64,000 bases of DNA from Daphnia carinata (GCF_022539665.2 NC_081331.1:3410001-3474000), one strand, 5' to 3'. Positions 26,616 to 40,591 are shown, counted from the stretch's first letter. The notes: generated by a model not told the origin, from the sequence alone. Numbers and translations: made by a program.

Positions 26616-27433
26616 ATGCGAAAGGTAAAAATATTAGATTTTTAAAATGTAATTCGCCACCCATCCAATTTTTTTGTGCCGATACTGTGTTTACATGGAT
26701 ACCGTTAAAGTGCACAAGTTTTTAAAGATAAAACGGGCTCACTCAGGAAGCTTCTGAAGAAGCATGCAGAATTAGTGTACACCAGTGCACTCAATCTTAT
26801 TCCAGCCAGTTCAGCTATCCAGTTCCTGCAAATTAAAAAGTAGAGGAACAGAGGGGCTGGTATTTCAGCACAGAACAATTGACATTCAATTCCCATGACG
26901 CTACAGACTACAGCTGGGGGCTCGAAGAATCCATCGAAGTTGTGAGAAAAGCATTTGAAGAGCTGGGGCCATTTGATGGCATTTTAGGTTTCTCCCAAGG
27001 AGCTGCTTTGGGATCAATCTTGTGCCACATACTTGAAAAAGGAGGTGAAAAAATGTCAAGCAAACCTTTCAGAACTGTAATCCCAAATCATTTTTTTAGA
27101 TTTACATTTTTCATTCAAGTTTGTCATTCTCGTGTCTGGCTTGCACTCCAGATTAAGCCCTCATACATACTTTTACAAAACCAAACAAACCATTGCCACT
27201 TTACATGTAATACGAAAAACAGACAGAATTGTGGAAAAAGGTAAAACATTTACAGTAAATCTTGTATGTACTATGGAATATGATTTGAAAAGCTTTCTTT
27301 TGTACCAGAAATGAGTGAAGAGTTGACAACCTATTTTGAATCACTTCACATTATGTGTCATTCAGGAAGCCACTATGTACCAGCAACATCAAAGGAGAAG
27401 GAAGGTTATATTAACTTTCTGGAACAGTTCTAA
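26616..27433 (+). pseudogene. OVCA2: OVCA2/FSH1 serine hydrolase copy 2, full span but disrupted
   Basis: ILCLHGYR*SAQ (in-frame TAA near 26706), a deletion relative to copy 1 near 26820, RGWYFSTEQ, GPFDGILGFSQGAAL, HVIRKTDRIV and HSGSHYVPATSKEKEGYINFLEQF*. Introns retained. Confidence 0.82.
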
Positions 27434-27715
27434 TGTAATGCTAAACAAAGGAAGAAGAAAAACACTGTATATGTTGCCCACATGTATCACTTCTAATCAA
27501 ATCTTTTTGTTTCATTATTTGTAAGTAATATTTAACCATACAAATATATTTATTTAATTTTGATTACATTGCGAGATACTTATTAACAGGAAGCATGGCT
27601 ATGAATCTCAAACTGAAATTGAAATCGTTTCAATCGATAGCCAATACCGGTGAAGACAATTCTAGTTTTAGGTGTGTAATATCTTAGGAGTTACACATAC
27701 ATACCTACATACATA

Positions 27716-29034
27716 CTATAAACGTACTTTCCGACAATGCCACAATAGGTGATTGTACCATAATTCTCTGGGTAATAGTGTCATTTTTGTAGATACTGTC
27801 ACATTCGTTAGACGTTTGCCTAATCGAGAAGAAGGATGATGATTGTTTAGTGACCCTGATAACGCCACTGGACATGTCTGAGGATTTGAAGACTGACTAT
27901 TGGAAGTGGAGGACAAGATGAAAAATTTCGATAATCCGCATTGCAGCAGGGCTTTATACTGCATTTTACGAAACTCCTTGCCGCAAAAGAAATATATGCA
28001 GAAATTAAGTGCGAAATTACTCATTTCCTACAAGTTTGCCACAGCACGAAATACTTCAAAGCTTTGAAATGATATCAATGCTTTATCGTAAATGATTGAC
28101 AAAAGTGCTGATGGAATATTGGTGGTAAAAAACAAAACTTTTATCGATAACAAAAGAGTTAACCATTTTCGTTACTGTTCAAGGTTGCGATCCGAACGTC
28201 CACTGTCATGCAAGTGTGCATTTGGTTGCCTTTGCCGCATTTGCCTACGAGTTTTGACCACCGCATGGTATTTGATCAAACTTAACACATTGAGTGTATC
28301 CAAAAGTAGATCGGGAAGAAAACAGACTAGACTCTCTCCCAACCACTCATATGCCGTCCACAGGGCATGAGCTGTCACAAACTTGTTCTGCCATTTTGGC
28401 CCTCAATGGAGTGTTAATTTTCGGGGATTGACCTGCCAAACATACGGATGGATACCTATGTGAAAAGCAATTTTGCAGGTTAATTGAAAAGAAACACATG
28501 GTGCTGTCGGTTCATCAGCGTACGTTTCAACGGTCTGGGCAACAACGTTGAAAATGGATGCGCTATAAAGGTATTGAGAATAAATCATTTCAGATGGCCA
28601 TAGTAAAATGCACTCCAATGGCTACAAGCGACCTTTTGAGCCAACCGGATCCGTAAGGGAATAGACGATAACAGGGCGAGCGCTGACAAGTAGACCGGAA
28701 TCGCACCTGTTTTTGGAACAAATCGCAGACATTTAACATCATTGCGCAAAGTAAACTTTTCTTTTAGGCTATCGCATCTCACCTTCCATCCGAGATCGCC
28801 CTAACACGAAAAGAATCAAAATGTTGCCAATCAAACTAAAGGTTACAATCGTAGGACCCACAATACCGTAAATAAATGCAAAAGCATCAGCTGTGTCACT
28901 GTCTACGCCAGGCACTGGATTATTTGAATCCGAAATTTCAATATGTATCTTTCGGGAAATGAAACCTTTCGTGGCTGCTGTAGTTGTTTGCGTATTGCTG
29001 TCCAATTCCAAAAAGTGCAGAGCCAAGATCTCAT
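27716..29034 (-). pseudogene. Class A (rhodopsin-like) peptide-receptor GPCR pseudogene, FMRFamide/sex-peptide-receptor-like group
   Basis: TM1 YGIVGPTIVTFSLIGNILILFVL, TM2 VYLSALAL, degenerate TM3 TVETY (TVERY-like), TM5 YEWLGESLVCFLP and TM7 NFALNFCIYFFCGKEFRK. Several stops and frameshifts. Confidence 0.8.
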
Positions 29035-29399
29035 ATTTATCCTATGGAACAGCGAATAACTGAGAAATCCGAAGAAGTTTGAAACTGAGGAGCTAATTTC
29101 GTTTTTAGAAACGCATCGACAAGCAGAACAGAGCAATAACCGCCGAATCACACCGTCTTCTCCAATCAATCAGAACCTACTACATGCCCCTTCTGCTCCC
29201 GTTCTTCCTTTATAAGCCAGTTTATGTAGACCGAGGATAAAATTCGTACCTTACGCCTTGCTGTTACAAAGAAGAATCCAGAGGATAACCAGCCGCCCAA
29301 TGGTCTTTGGCTCATGATCGTTGAACCAATTCTGCAACATGAGCAACACGTATTTTCCTACTTCCATTTCCTTCCTCCGCTTTTAAAACTTGGCAGCGT

Positions 29400-31226
29400 G
29401 ATCGAAACAATTGACGCATGACACTCGCAAGCCATTCTAATGCAACGTCGGTCAACGCGGTTACAGCACGGCGGCAGCGTTGACGTCGCGCATGTTAAAT
29501 CATCGATCTGAATCCGGATCATGTTACGGATCGCTTTTTTCGTCCAGTTCAAGCGTTTCGTATGTTTGGGCAGCTTCAACTATCTGCTCGTGTGCCACAT
29601 CCAAGCACGGCCGTAGCGCATCATCCAATGCGTCGACGCCCTGTCCGGCATCGTTTCCGTTACCGTGACTTGTTTCACCACTACCCATGCCAACAAACGA
29701 CGCTCCAATCGTTCGAACGATGAGCCCATCGATGGCTATTAAACAGCATCCGCGTCTATCGCTCGTCACCCCTCCCATGGAACTGCGCAACAGTCCAGCC
29801 AGTCCGCCCATTTCGCAGTACCAGGTATGGATCCGATACAGTCCCACCTGACCTCTCCTTCCAAAAAGGAGAATTATCAAAAAATCATTTTTTTCTTTCC
29901 TATTTTAAAACCAGAATCAGCCGCAGACATCACCGAAAATGGATAAGTCGACTGTAATCCAACCGGTTTTGCAACTTTTGGTTTCAGAAATGGCAAGTCA
30001 TTTGTCGGAATCAGTCGCGGTGGTCAAAGAGGACGAGAAGATGGCCACTGCCGAAGTTTCACGTATCGCCTTCCAGTGTCCTTACTGTGCTAAAGAATCG
30101 TTTTCTTCATTGGCCGCGCTCAGCCTTCACGTCCAAACTCTTCACAGTAAATTATCCGTCTTAAAAAAAATGGCCCTGTTTTATTTTAAGGCCATCACGG
30201 ATTCATTATAGTTTCATTTTTTTAGGGCCCTTGCGTCGCTGTGATGGCCGATATGGCGGCGCTGATGCCGGACAACAAGGACTACTCTACGCTTGTCAGT
30301 TATGCACGTTGCGTTTCGGCAATTTGCCCACTTTGCAGCTACACACTTTATCGGCTCGTAGTCTGGCTGATCTCTACAATTTTATTTCCAGCACCGGCGG
30401 CCAAAAATTGGACCACCTACTGACAAATGTAACAGGCAAAATTTCCTGACTGATCTAAGTTGCCCAAGCAACGGAATGAAGTGGAAGAAGAAATTGAAGG
30501 CCGTTTTTCTTGCCCGCAATGTCCGTCGGAATTTAAACAATCTGAAATCGAAGCGTTTTAGGCACACGTTGCTGGCCATTTGATGTCCAGGTGGAACGAG
30601 TATGGCTGCTCGTTATGTGTTAAGAGCTCTACTACACCAGACGAACTTCAAAAACATATGCTGGACATGCACGCCCATCATCTCTATCTATGCGCCCTCT
30701 GCAAAGAAACGTTTGATTCTAAAGTGTCTATCCAAGTTCATCTGGCCGTTCAGCACAGCAGCGAATCAAAACTTTTATTGATGCACGGGCTGCCCGCCAA
30801 CGGATGAAACGTCTTCCGATTTCCGCACTGAAGAGGAGCTCAGCATCCACGTCACGAATTCCGCCTGTTAAGCAACAGCTGAAGGCCCTACTTAAATGTC
30901 CACTTTGCCTGCAGTCCTTTGCGGTTGAATTCTTGCTGGAACGGCATATGCATCTAACTGATCAAGGTCATAGATTACGTTTAATCGAAGCAGCGTTGAC
31001 GGTTTTGATTTGCGAGAGTTCGACCCCGACTAAAGAGGAAAAAACAGACAAATCGGAAAATAACTCGACAACATCCACGGCGCAGAACTTGAGCCCCAAT
31101 TGCGCTTATTTCGGCGAAACGTGCAAATCAAGATCGGAGCTGGAGGCTCACATGAAGAATGCCCATCATCAGCCAAATAGCACTGGTTCGTCTAGCTCTA
31201 ATTACCCTTCCCACTTTTCCAATTGA
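29400..31226 (+). pseudogene. Oaz: Fragment of ZNF423/ZNF521 (Oaz)-like multi-C2H2 zinc-finger gene with frameshifts
   Basis: [43 protein letters not shown] matches the ZNF423/521 signature. Also FQCPYCAKESFSSLAALSLHVQTLH and CPLCLQSFAVEFLLERHM. Broken fingers and frame changes; ends at the repeat array. Confidence 0.8.
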
Positions 31227-31229
31227 CCA

Positions 31230-33960
31230 AATTTTGAAGTTTGTATAAAATACATAATTTGGATTCAGAGTGAAATGAAAATCACGGAAATTAAATTCGT
31301 TTTTCATTGGTCTCATAATTTTTGAACTTATTGTAAAAAAGTTCATTTTTTTTCTAAACATCTAGATATAACTATAAAAATATGGTTTTGATTCGAAATG
31401 AAACAAGGATCACAAATGTGTCGCTTATTTTTTTATAGCGCTTATAGATTTTGAATAAATCGTAAAAAACAACAAACCCAAATATGTGCGTTACCAGCAT
31501 TTTGTTTCCGCTTATTGAAAAAAAACAAAAAACAATTGGTTTGACGAGAAAACAAACCAATTTATCGAAATCAGCGTTTAATTTGGGTTCTGCAGTGTGA
31601 TTTTTATCCGATTCTAAGAGTTGTTATTGTTTGCGAATATTTACAAAAGTGGGAAGGCTATAGCCTTTTCACTTTTTCATTTTTGGCCAAAATTTTGATT
31701 TTATTCAAAAAACATGATTCCGATTCAAAATGGAACGAGAATCACAAAAATAATGTTTATTTTTACGTTTGACTTGTAGCTTTATTAAAAACGGAAAAAA
31801 ACGGGAGCAAAATTAAGCCCGGCGAAATCAGCTCGACAAAATAAGCCCGACTTTTTTTTTATATTTTTCTTATAAACAATAAACAATAATATAACCGATT
31901 TAGATTTAGAGTTTAACAAGGATCACGAAAATGAGCTTGGTTTTTACGTAAAATTTACGGTTTTTGAGTAATCTAAAGTATAAAGGTAGGTGCGCAATAA
32001 CTATCATGATAGCGCTGTATGGCGCTATAACTATTTTGGTTGCGCATAATTCAATAACCTTATAGATTACTGAAGAACTAACGTGCTATTTAGAATTGGC
32101 GTTTAATCTTGAGTCTTGCGTGTGTATTTTTTTCGAATTCTGAGAGATGTCGCTTTTTGATGATTTTCGTAAAAATGAGAAGGCTATAGCCTTCTCACTT
32201 TTCCGATTTTCTTCAAATCCTAGATTTCGTTAAAAATATAGTATTCCGATTCGAAATGGATCGCTGATCACGAAAATGGGGTACATTTTTATATTAGGCT
32301 TCTACTTTTTGAATTAACCGTAAAAAACGATAAAAATTGGGTTAAAAAATAAGCCCAGTCTTATATTGTCGGGCTTAAAATTTTTTCCTATTAAAAAATA
32401 ATATCATTAAATCCAGACAACTATAAATGATTCTCATTCAAAATTTAACAAGGAACATGAAAACAAAATTTTTTTTTACATAGAGCTTATGGTTTTAGGA
32501 TAATCAAAGAAGTTTTATGTATCACGCTAGCGCTGTAGCGTGCTAGCGCGCTAGTAATGGTTTCGATTCGTACCTAATTTTATATTTTAGGTTACTCAAA
32601 ACTGTATATGCTACGTAAAAACAAATTCCATTTTCGTGTTCCTTGGTTGATTTTGAATCAGAATCATGTATAGTTATTTAAATTTTATGATATTAGTTTT
32701 TAATAGGAAAGATTTTTAAGCCCGACAATTTAATCCCGGGCTTATTTTTTAACCCAACTTCTACCGTTTTTTACGTTTTATTCAAAAACTATGAGTCCCA
32801 CGAAAAAACAACCCTCATATTCGTGATGCCCCCTCAATTTTGCATCGAAACCATGTATTTAAAGCGAAATCTAAAATTTTGCCAAAATTGAAAAAGTAGG
32901 AAGGCTATAGCCTTCTCACTTTTCCGATTTTCTTCAAATCCTAGATTTCATTAAAAATACATTATTCCGATTCGAAATTGATCGCTGATCACGAAAATGG
33001 GGTATATTTTTATGTTAGGCTTCTCGTTTTTGAATTAACCGTAAAAAAACGATAAAAGTTGGGTTAAAAAATAAGCCCGGTCTTATATTGTCGGGCTTAA
33101 AATTTTTTCCTATTAAAAAATAATATCATTAAATCCAGATAACGAAATATGATTCTGATTCAAAATTTAACAAGGAACACAAAAATGAAATTTGTTTTTA
33201 CGTAGAGCTTATGGTTTTTGAATAATCAAAGATTTTTTATGTCACGCGGGCGCTGTAACGTGCTGGCGCGCTAGTACGCTAGTAATGCTTTCGATTCGCA
33301 CACACACTAATTTTATATTTTAGATTACTCAAAAACTGTAAATTCTACATCCATTTCTTTTTCAAAACATCTAGATATAGCTATAAAAATACAGGATTTG
33401 ATTCGAAATTAAACGAAAATCACATATATGCCACACTTTTTTCATTGGAACCACCGTTTTTGTACACCGAATATTTGTGTTGCATCGCGCCATCGCTGGT
33501 GCGTACTGGCGTGCTAGCGCTGGTCGTACTACCACTCTTGCGCCGCAATTGCGTTTATTATTCGGTATAATTCAAAAACGATTCATTTGACGTAAAAATA
33601 AACTACTTTATCAAATTCAGCGTTTAGTTTTGCTTTTTCTGTGTGATTTGTTCGTATTATAAGGGTTTTTATTTTTTGCCGATTTTGACAAAAGCGGGAA
33701 GGCCTTCTAAGAAATACATGGGTTCGAGTTCGAAATCAAGTGTTTTTTTTTTCAATGGGTCCTATAGTATGTTTAAAAACGTAAAAAAACAAAAATAAAG
33801 TATGTACTCCTACAGATTTTTGTTTTTTGTTTTTACACCTGGTTTAACGAGAAAAACAAACCATTAATCAAAAACGGTGGTCAAGTTTGATTATACTGTG
33901 TGATTTTTGTCCTATTTGAAGAGATCTCGTTTTTTGCACATCATTAAAATAGATGAGAAT
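31230..33960. mobile_element. Array of AT-rich foldback/MITE-like non-autonomous DNA elements
   Basis: Palindrome GAAGGCTATAGCCTT(C) at about 31653, 32179 and 32900. Direct repeat 32179-~32610 vs 32900-~33350. The 32187-32907 unit is internally inverted around a GCTAGCGC-rich centre near 32526. AAGCCCGAC motifs recur. No ORF. Confidence 0.75.
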
Positions 33961-34226
33961 ACTAGCGGTTCGTGTTTATTATAGGCGAGATATATCTGGA
34001 TAAACGTAGAGATTACAATATTTTTTGCATTTGCTGTGACCAATTGTACGAAAAGCGAGACAAGAAGAGCTGTGGAAATTTGAGTCAAACAATATAGTAA
34101 TAAAACGAAATTGCACAACGGCGCCTAAATCGTGAAGATATGATATTAACAACCATCCCAGTTCAAGATATAAACGGGATACAGATTTTTCGTGTCAAAA
34201 CAATAAAACCACCGCACGATTAAAAC

Positions 34227-36807
34227 TTAAAACTGGCGAAATCGGGAATGTTCTTCCACTGGGCCATTGATTGGCAAGTTTCTCAATTCTAGGAGATCAT
34301 CAAGAAAATTGAAGGATGAAAACGATTAACAATTCAATTTCTTTCTCACCTTCTATTGCATGCAGCATCAATCTCCGTGAACGGTATGCAGTTACTCCAA
34401 TGCTCTTGAGATCCTGATCAGCAAGAGTTGAAAACATAGCCAGATCCACTTCGTTTGCAAGAAATAACTCTAAAAACAACCGATAAAACAAATAGAACTG
34501 AATGAGATTTGGTAAATTAGGACCTCAAAATGTGTCAGCTTACCACAATATTCGGATAATTCTGATTCTACGAGCAGTTGGCATAGTTGCCGGTACGAGT
34601 TCTTGTCAAACTTCAAAGAACAAATGGACGCTGGTAGCGCCACTTGTTCGTCTTTTAGAAACGTAAAAAAAAAATAAATAACTTGGCACTAAAAAGTTGA
34701 CATTTATCAAAGACCCACTAGATGGCAGCGAAGTTTCCGAATGAGCTATTTGAACGATCGACTGCGGACCCTTTTCCATGGTATCGCGGAAACGAGGCTG
34801 TTCCACAACAGTTCTGCACCCAACTGTTGAACAATAATGGTGAGCCAAACCGTGGCGTTTCATAATCCTATTCACATTTAAATAAATAAAGTCTTACGGA
34901 TAGTACGTTCAGGTTCTTGCACTTGAGGTAAACTAAGTGGAAAGCCCATGAGAGATAGTCCACTGGAACTAGGAAGCCGTAGGATTTGTCTCCGGAATTC
35001 GTAGATGTTTCCTTGATGTACAATAAAGTCACAAAACGAATGATGAAAATTAACGGTTTTTATAGTCTACCTGCGTTCTTTTCGTAACTGACGATCTGGA
35101 GCAGAAAGCTGTGTGGCTTGGTACTTGGCTCCATCTTGACCGCAACGTCCAGACGTTTGGCCAACTTTCGCTCGTTGACACCAAAGGTCAAATGAACGGC
35201 ATGCACATGAAACATCAACTTCATAGGCAGAAATTCCTAGAGGCATATCTAGATTGCACAAACACCACCTTGAGGGTAAGATTAAAGTAATTTACCATCA
35301 AGGCCATTTTGGTTAGATAAACGCCATCCACAGAGCCTATCAAGAATAAGAAATTAGGCAAGACAATTCCGCCAGATGAAGGTGAAAAAAATTACCTCTA
35401 ATCCAGACAACGTGGTGCTCCTCACGATGACTTGTTAATTTCAATGTCATAAAAGCAGTTGAATATTTGGCTTCGAGTAAACGAAAATTAGCCCTTAGCG
35501 TTTCCAGTTGATCGGTCGAGAATTCCATTTTCATACAGACTAGGGCATCCTGTCAAACAACGGAGAATTATATCCAGTTATTTTCTTTCTTTTTTTTTTC
35601 TTTTGACATTTGACGTTATTATAGACCTGATTTTGATTCAACTTCATCAGGTGATTGACGGCTTCTTTCAGTCTAGCAATTTCTTGTTGGCTTCCCCGAA
35701 TTGTCGCTGAACAGTGAGAACAGACACCCGTGGTTTTCTCGTTCAAGCGGAGCAAGACCCCATGGAGCAAGGCGAAATCCTTGACCAAAGCCTGTCGTCC
35801 GTAAGAATCCAGTATTTCCGTCCGACATTCAATAACAAATTCAACCGGAATCAGAAACTGTCAAAAGATCATAGAATGTATAAACCGACTAGCAACCGGA
35901 AGTAGGTTTTACATGTTGATTCTAGCACAAAATTTTATGTACGCGTATACGGCGACGGGCAGTTTCCACGTTGTTCAACTCGCCTGAAATGGTCACTTCA
36001 TTACTTTTCTTCTCGCCTGCCACGCGATTTTGGTCAGGAAAATGGATTTTGGTTGAAGTTTCCGTCATCACCGTGTTGATATTGGTCCCAGCTCTTCCAA
36101 TAATGTGTGAATGAGTAGTAAAACTCACTTCCATCGACAATTTGACTGGATAAAACTGCAAACGGACATTATAAGAATAGTTAATATTTTGTGCAAGTTC
36201 ATTCAACGCATTTGCCCATCTGTGATATGATCGCCAAATAACACAAACAGGAGTAGTATAATGCATCAAGTTTAATAAACGCCGCGATTCTCAACAACGG
36301 CGCTGCTGGGAATAAAAGACGCATTCCATCGTCGTCCTATTGTCAACGGTGAAATCGTATTTTTCCCCCACAGCTCCTTTCATCGCATGAATAGGATCCC
36401 CAGCGAAAGACATGTCGAAAAAAAAAGCTTGGGGGAGGAATTATTCGGTAATGGGGAGCAAAACTTGTAGCCACCGGTATTTCTTGATGACGGTTAACAT
36501 GCTCATAAATCCGTCGAGAGAGACGACCGTACATTTGATATGGAGATGATTAAAGTAGTGGCTCCCCTACTTTTACAACACAGTCACTTGATCAAACAAA
36601 TCATATCCCCAACAGCACTCCAAAATGTGGGGGGATGGGTAAGGAAAAAAAACAACATGGAGACAAGAAACTTCCATTGAGCTGAGCTTCCATTTACGTA
36701 CAACGGACGCCATAGTTTATTTGAATGGTGAAATCAGGCCCCGACATTGGAGATTGATTGCTATTTGTTGAGAACTGCTGGTAGTAGGGCGCACGATAAA
36801 AAAGCAT
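34227..36807 (-). CDS. Divergent Bicaudal-C-like protein (KH domains plus C-terminal SAM); 5' exons uncertain, possibly disrupted
   Basis: KLSMEVSFTTHSHIIGRAGTNINTVMTETSTKIHFPDQNRVAGEKKSNEVTISGELNNVETARRRIR (BicC KH1), a KH-like ATIRGSQQEIARLKEAV, and SAM LFLANEVDLAMFSTLADQDLKSIGVTAYRSRRLMLHAIE. Confidence 0.8.
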
Positions 36808-39800
36808 GGCTGACAAGGAATGCACAATTGGCAAGAGAAAAAAAAATCTGTTTTGTTCACTTACCCGGGCTGAACTTATTTTCTGCATGATGAAAACTGA
36901 ATATACGTGTCAACTTTTTCAAGGTAAGAACTTTGAAGGTTTTGTTTTGTTCACAATAGAATCCTAATTGTTTTGTGTGGACTAGTAATTGCTCGACCAC
37001 GCGGTCAACGATCAGACGGTCAAAACCGTGACGACTGAACTCACTGAAGAGGGGGATATCTGATGAACTCGAAAGACGGGGGAGAGGGCTTAAACTCTTT
37101 GGCCCCCTCGAGGAGAAAATTGTTTTTGTTTTTAAGGGTTTGGAAAATCAGCAGTTGTTTGCCACCGAAGAGAAATGTGTCGAAATTCCCCCTTATTTCG
37201 TACTTAACAAAAAAAGATTTCGACATAAAACAATTGCACTAGATGGCGTTCTGGCAACTACGTAGAAAAACTTCCGGTTGAAAGATAAACAAATGTCAAC
37301 AGACTACATTGGAAGTGTCGCTTAGTGTCACAAAAGAAAATACCTCGTCGATAGAATACATTATAGAATTGTTCCAAAACATTCTGGGTAATAGTTGCAA
37401 ACTTGTGTGCGTTTCAAGGTTGTTAATGGGAAATCCATTAGCGATCAACCTTTCACGTTTTAAGAAAGCTTCGTGATATCATTATTGTGGAGAGAAAAAA
37501 AAGTTGGCGATGGAGAATGGCATTTTGTTCGTTGGCGGGCAGTAGGTCATTTCATTTTTCAACCATAACTTTCTATATATGCCAGACATTTAGGTCTGGC
37601 TACATTTTAGATTTCCAAAAATGTCTTTTATTAAATGAAGTAAAGATTTTTAAAATCAGAAACGGGTTTCTTGCTTTGAAATTTATCGTTTCCTTGACTG
37701 ATTTTTTTGTTCATTATTACATCACTAGTGAGAGAGTTGAATGGTCTGTTATTTTTGTCTAATTTCCAAACGTTTCCGCCATGTTGAGTGGGACCGTCCG
37801 CCACAGACATTGACCGTTAACGTTATCGACACTCCGTTATTTGTACAAGGATTGATTGAATGCACAGAAAATTAAGTTTATCTTACTTCCATTTTACAGT
37901 TTTATACGCCAGTGGAGACGGTTGAGAAGCAACACTCGATTTGCATAATGAAACGAGGCCAATCATTAACCACCGATGGAATCTTGTAATTATTTCACGC
38001 CATGGCAAGGCAGTTGTAATATTCCCGCGTGCTCCTTTTTTCGTGTAATGTTAGAGGACCCCCGTTATAACTCCGTTTATTTCTGGTGTAGGAGCTTGTC
38101 CATCTCCCGTTCACTTCGTCCCGTTCATCTTCTTTTTTTTTCTTCTTCGGTCTTGGGCATTTTTAAATTTAGAATCCCGTTTTAGGACTAGATGTACTGT
38201 GCACTCCTGGTCGCAGACATTTGAAATTATCGTTCTAATTTTAGGAGGACAGGATGTCCTCGGTTCTATCCCCAATGACGTAACTTAAGAATTATAACAG
38301 GATGAATGATAATAGGCAACCTAAAGAAATGGAAAGAATCGGGGCACTTATCTTCGTATCTGTTACTATTTAAAAAGTGAAAATGCGTTTTTATTTATTT
38401 TTATTTCATCTTTGTTGGTTTTTCGTGTTTCTTTCGCCTTTTTTTAGCTTCGAAAGCGATAATCGCATTTAACAGGTGCGACGTCGCTTTTTCGACGAAA
38501 AAACGAAACAAAATTCAATTTTCTTATTTTTTCAAAAACCAAAACAATGGTCACATACTAAACTCGAGACATACTATCGAATTAAAAAAAAAAAAAAGGG
38601 ATAGTTTGAAAAGAGAGATTAAAAGGGAGAACAAACAGAGGGAGACACTTGAACAAACAGGCCGACATCACATCGCCGATCAAAGAAGATCCGAGAAAAC
38701 AACACGGGTTACATCACACAGACAGGCACACACGCGCATTGAAAATTCATGGAGACGAGACATTAATTATAATATGAAGAAAATAAAAATTATTAATTTA
38801 TAGGAATTCAAAGAAATAATAATTTCAAAAATTTCGAATTATTTGAATTACTCGGGAGAGATTTGTGTGTGTGTGTTTGTAGAGTGGGTAATTTCACTCC
38901 GTGATTGGCGATCAATTGGTTTTCTCTCTTCAACATACAAATCTTTTTTTTATTAGTCATTTCTCACTTTAAGGTAAACAAATACGAAAAAAAAAATTTC
39001 CCAAAGATACACGATGAAAGAGCGACACTCCACTAAAGGGAAAAATTGGGAAGGATCAGAAGCGAGAATTTAAATGACCGCCAATGGATTTGTTCTGTTT
39101 TATCCTTTCCGATTAAAGAGACAAAATGTTTTGAATTCAACTGTTAAACCTCCCCCCAAAAAAGTGTCCTCGTCTTTAATTCCTTTCTATTTCAACTTAA
39201 GCATCAGACGTCCGAAAACATTTCCATCAAAACAAAGGCATGTTTCTGCCTAAATTAAAGAATAAAAACAAAATTTTTTTTGCAAGCCAATGTGTCTAAT
39301 GGTACTCAAGAATACAAACTAAAGAAAAAATCAAGACAGCAAGACCCAAATTTTCTCCCCTTTGCTCACAAATAATGAATACCAAAGAAAAAAAAAAGGG
39401 AAGCCAAACAATCAGCCGACAATTGAACCTTAATTACCTATAACTGAAAGATTTCCATTCTTTCATCTCCTATCAAAATAAAAAGCAAAAAAAAAAAAAA
39501 AAAAAAAAAATCAATCGACGGGAACACAATTTTAAAATTATCCTAAATGAACGTATCGCTCCAAACAAGACAACCCAGCAAAATGCAGCCAAAAATTCCC
39601 GACGAGACTCATCCCGAACGGTCACGAAAAACATTTTTTGCTTTTCTCATCCCTTAAAACATCTTCTTGGGACATTTTTTTTTCTTTTGAAAGAGAGGAA
39701 ATTGTTATAAGAGGAAGGAGGGCACAAACTGCGCACAAAAGACATGTATATATCTATATAATATGTATATAAAATTTAGACCTGCGGTCATCAACTGACA

Positions 39801-40591
39801 ATCAGTCATTGTCACCGCCGTCATCGTCTTCATTCCCGTTTTTAATGGAACCAAATTGAATTTGGGCTTTCTCCCCGCAGAGCAAAAAAGAAAAACACAA
39901 TTACACTTAATTAACGAACCAATCACGCAAGACATACAACGGTGGGATTCGGGAGGGAAAAATAGAATGAAAACACAAAAAAAAAGTTTGAAAATTCACG
40001 AGGATTCAAAATGAGGAAATTAAAAAAAAAAACACGCAAATGGCGAAAGTCTTTCTCTTTTTGAGGGGAGAGGACGTGGCTTAGTGCACATACGGGTGAC
40101 ATCGACTGAAAAAAAAAGATAATAATTATCACCAAATCGTCTAAAAAAAGAAACATCTTTTTTTGGGCCGCTTGATGACGAACGAGGAGGAAGGGAAAGC
40201 ACGAAGTATGCCGACGTTCCAACACTTCTAGTGAGAAATCAGCACTCTACACACAGTGCGCGGGTTATTTACAGACGACGGCAAATAATATTTTTTTTTT
40301 TTTGAAAGGAGAAAACTCGATGGTGGAAATTTCTCTCTCGTAGTCTTAAATTTCAGGCCATTTTCTCTCTGCAAAAACTTAAATTGAAAAAAAAAGAAAA
40401 GAATGCTGGACACCGCGATCTGGTGGCTCACCATAGAATCTGGCACAAGCAGTTTCTCATCAACATATCTTCTTTCGAAACAGACGGAGGGAGGTGTATG
40501 GGAGGTCATCGCAGCGAGTAAACTGTTGTAGTTCCGAGGAAGGATTTGCCAAAAAAAAAAAAAGGGGGATCGTCATGCATCGTCAATATTA

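Noticed and set aside
31230..33960. CRISPR-like or prokaryotic repeat interpretation of the array
   Set aside because: No constant repeat with unique spacers, no cas genes, and the context is clearly eukaryotic.
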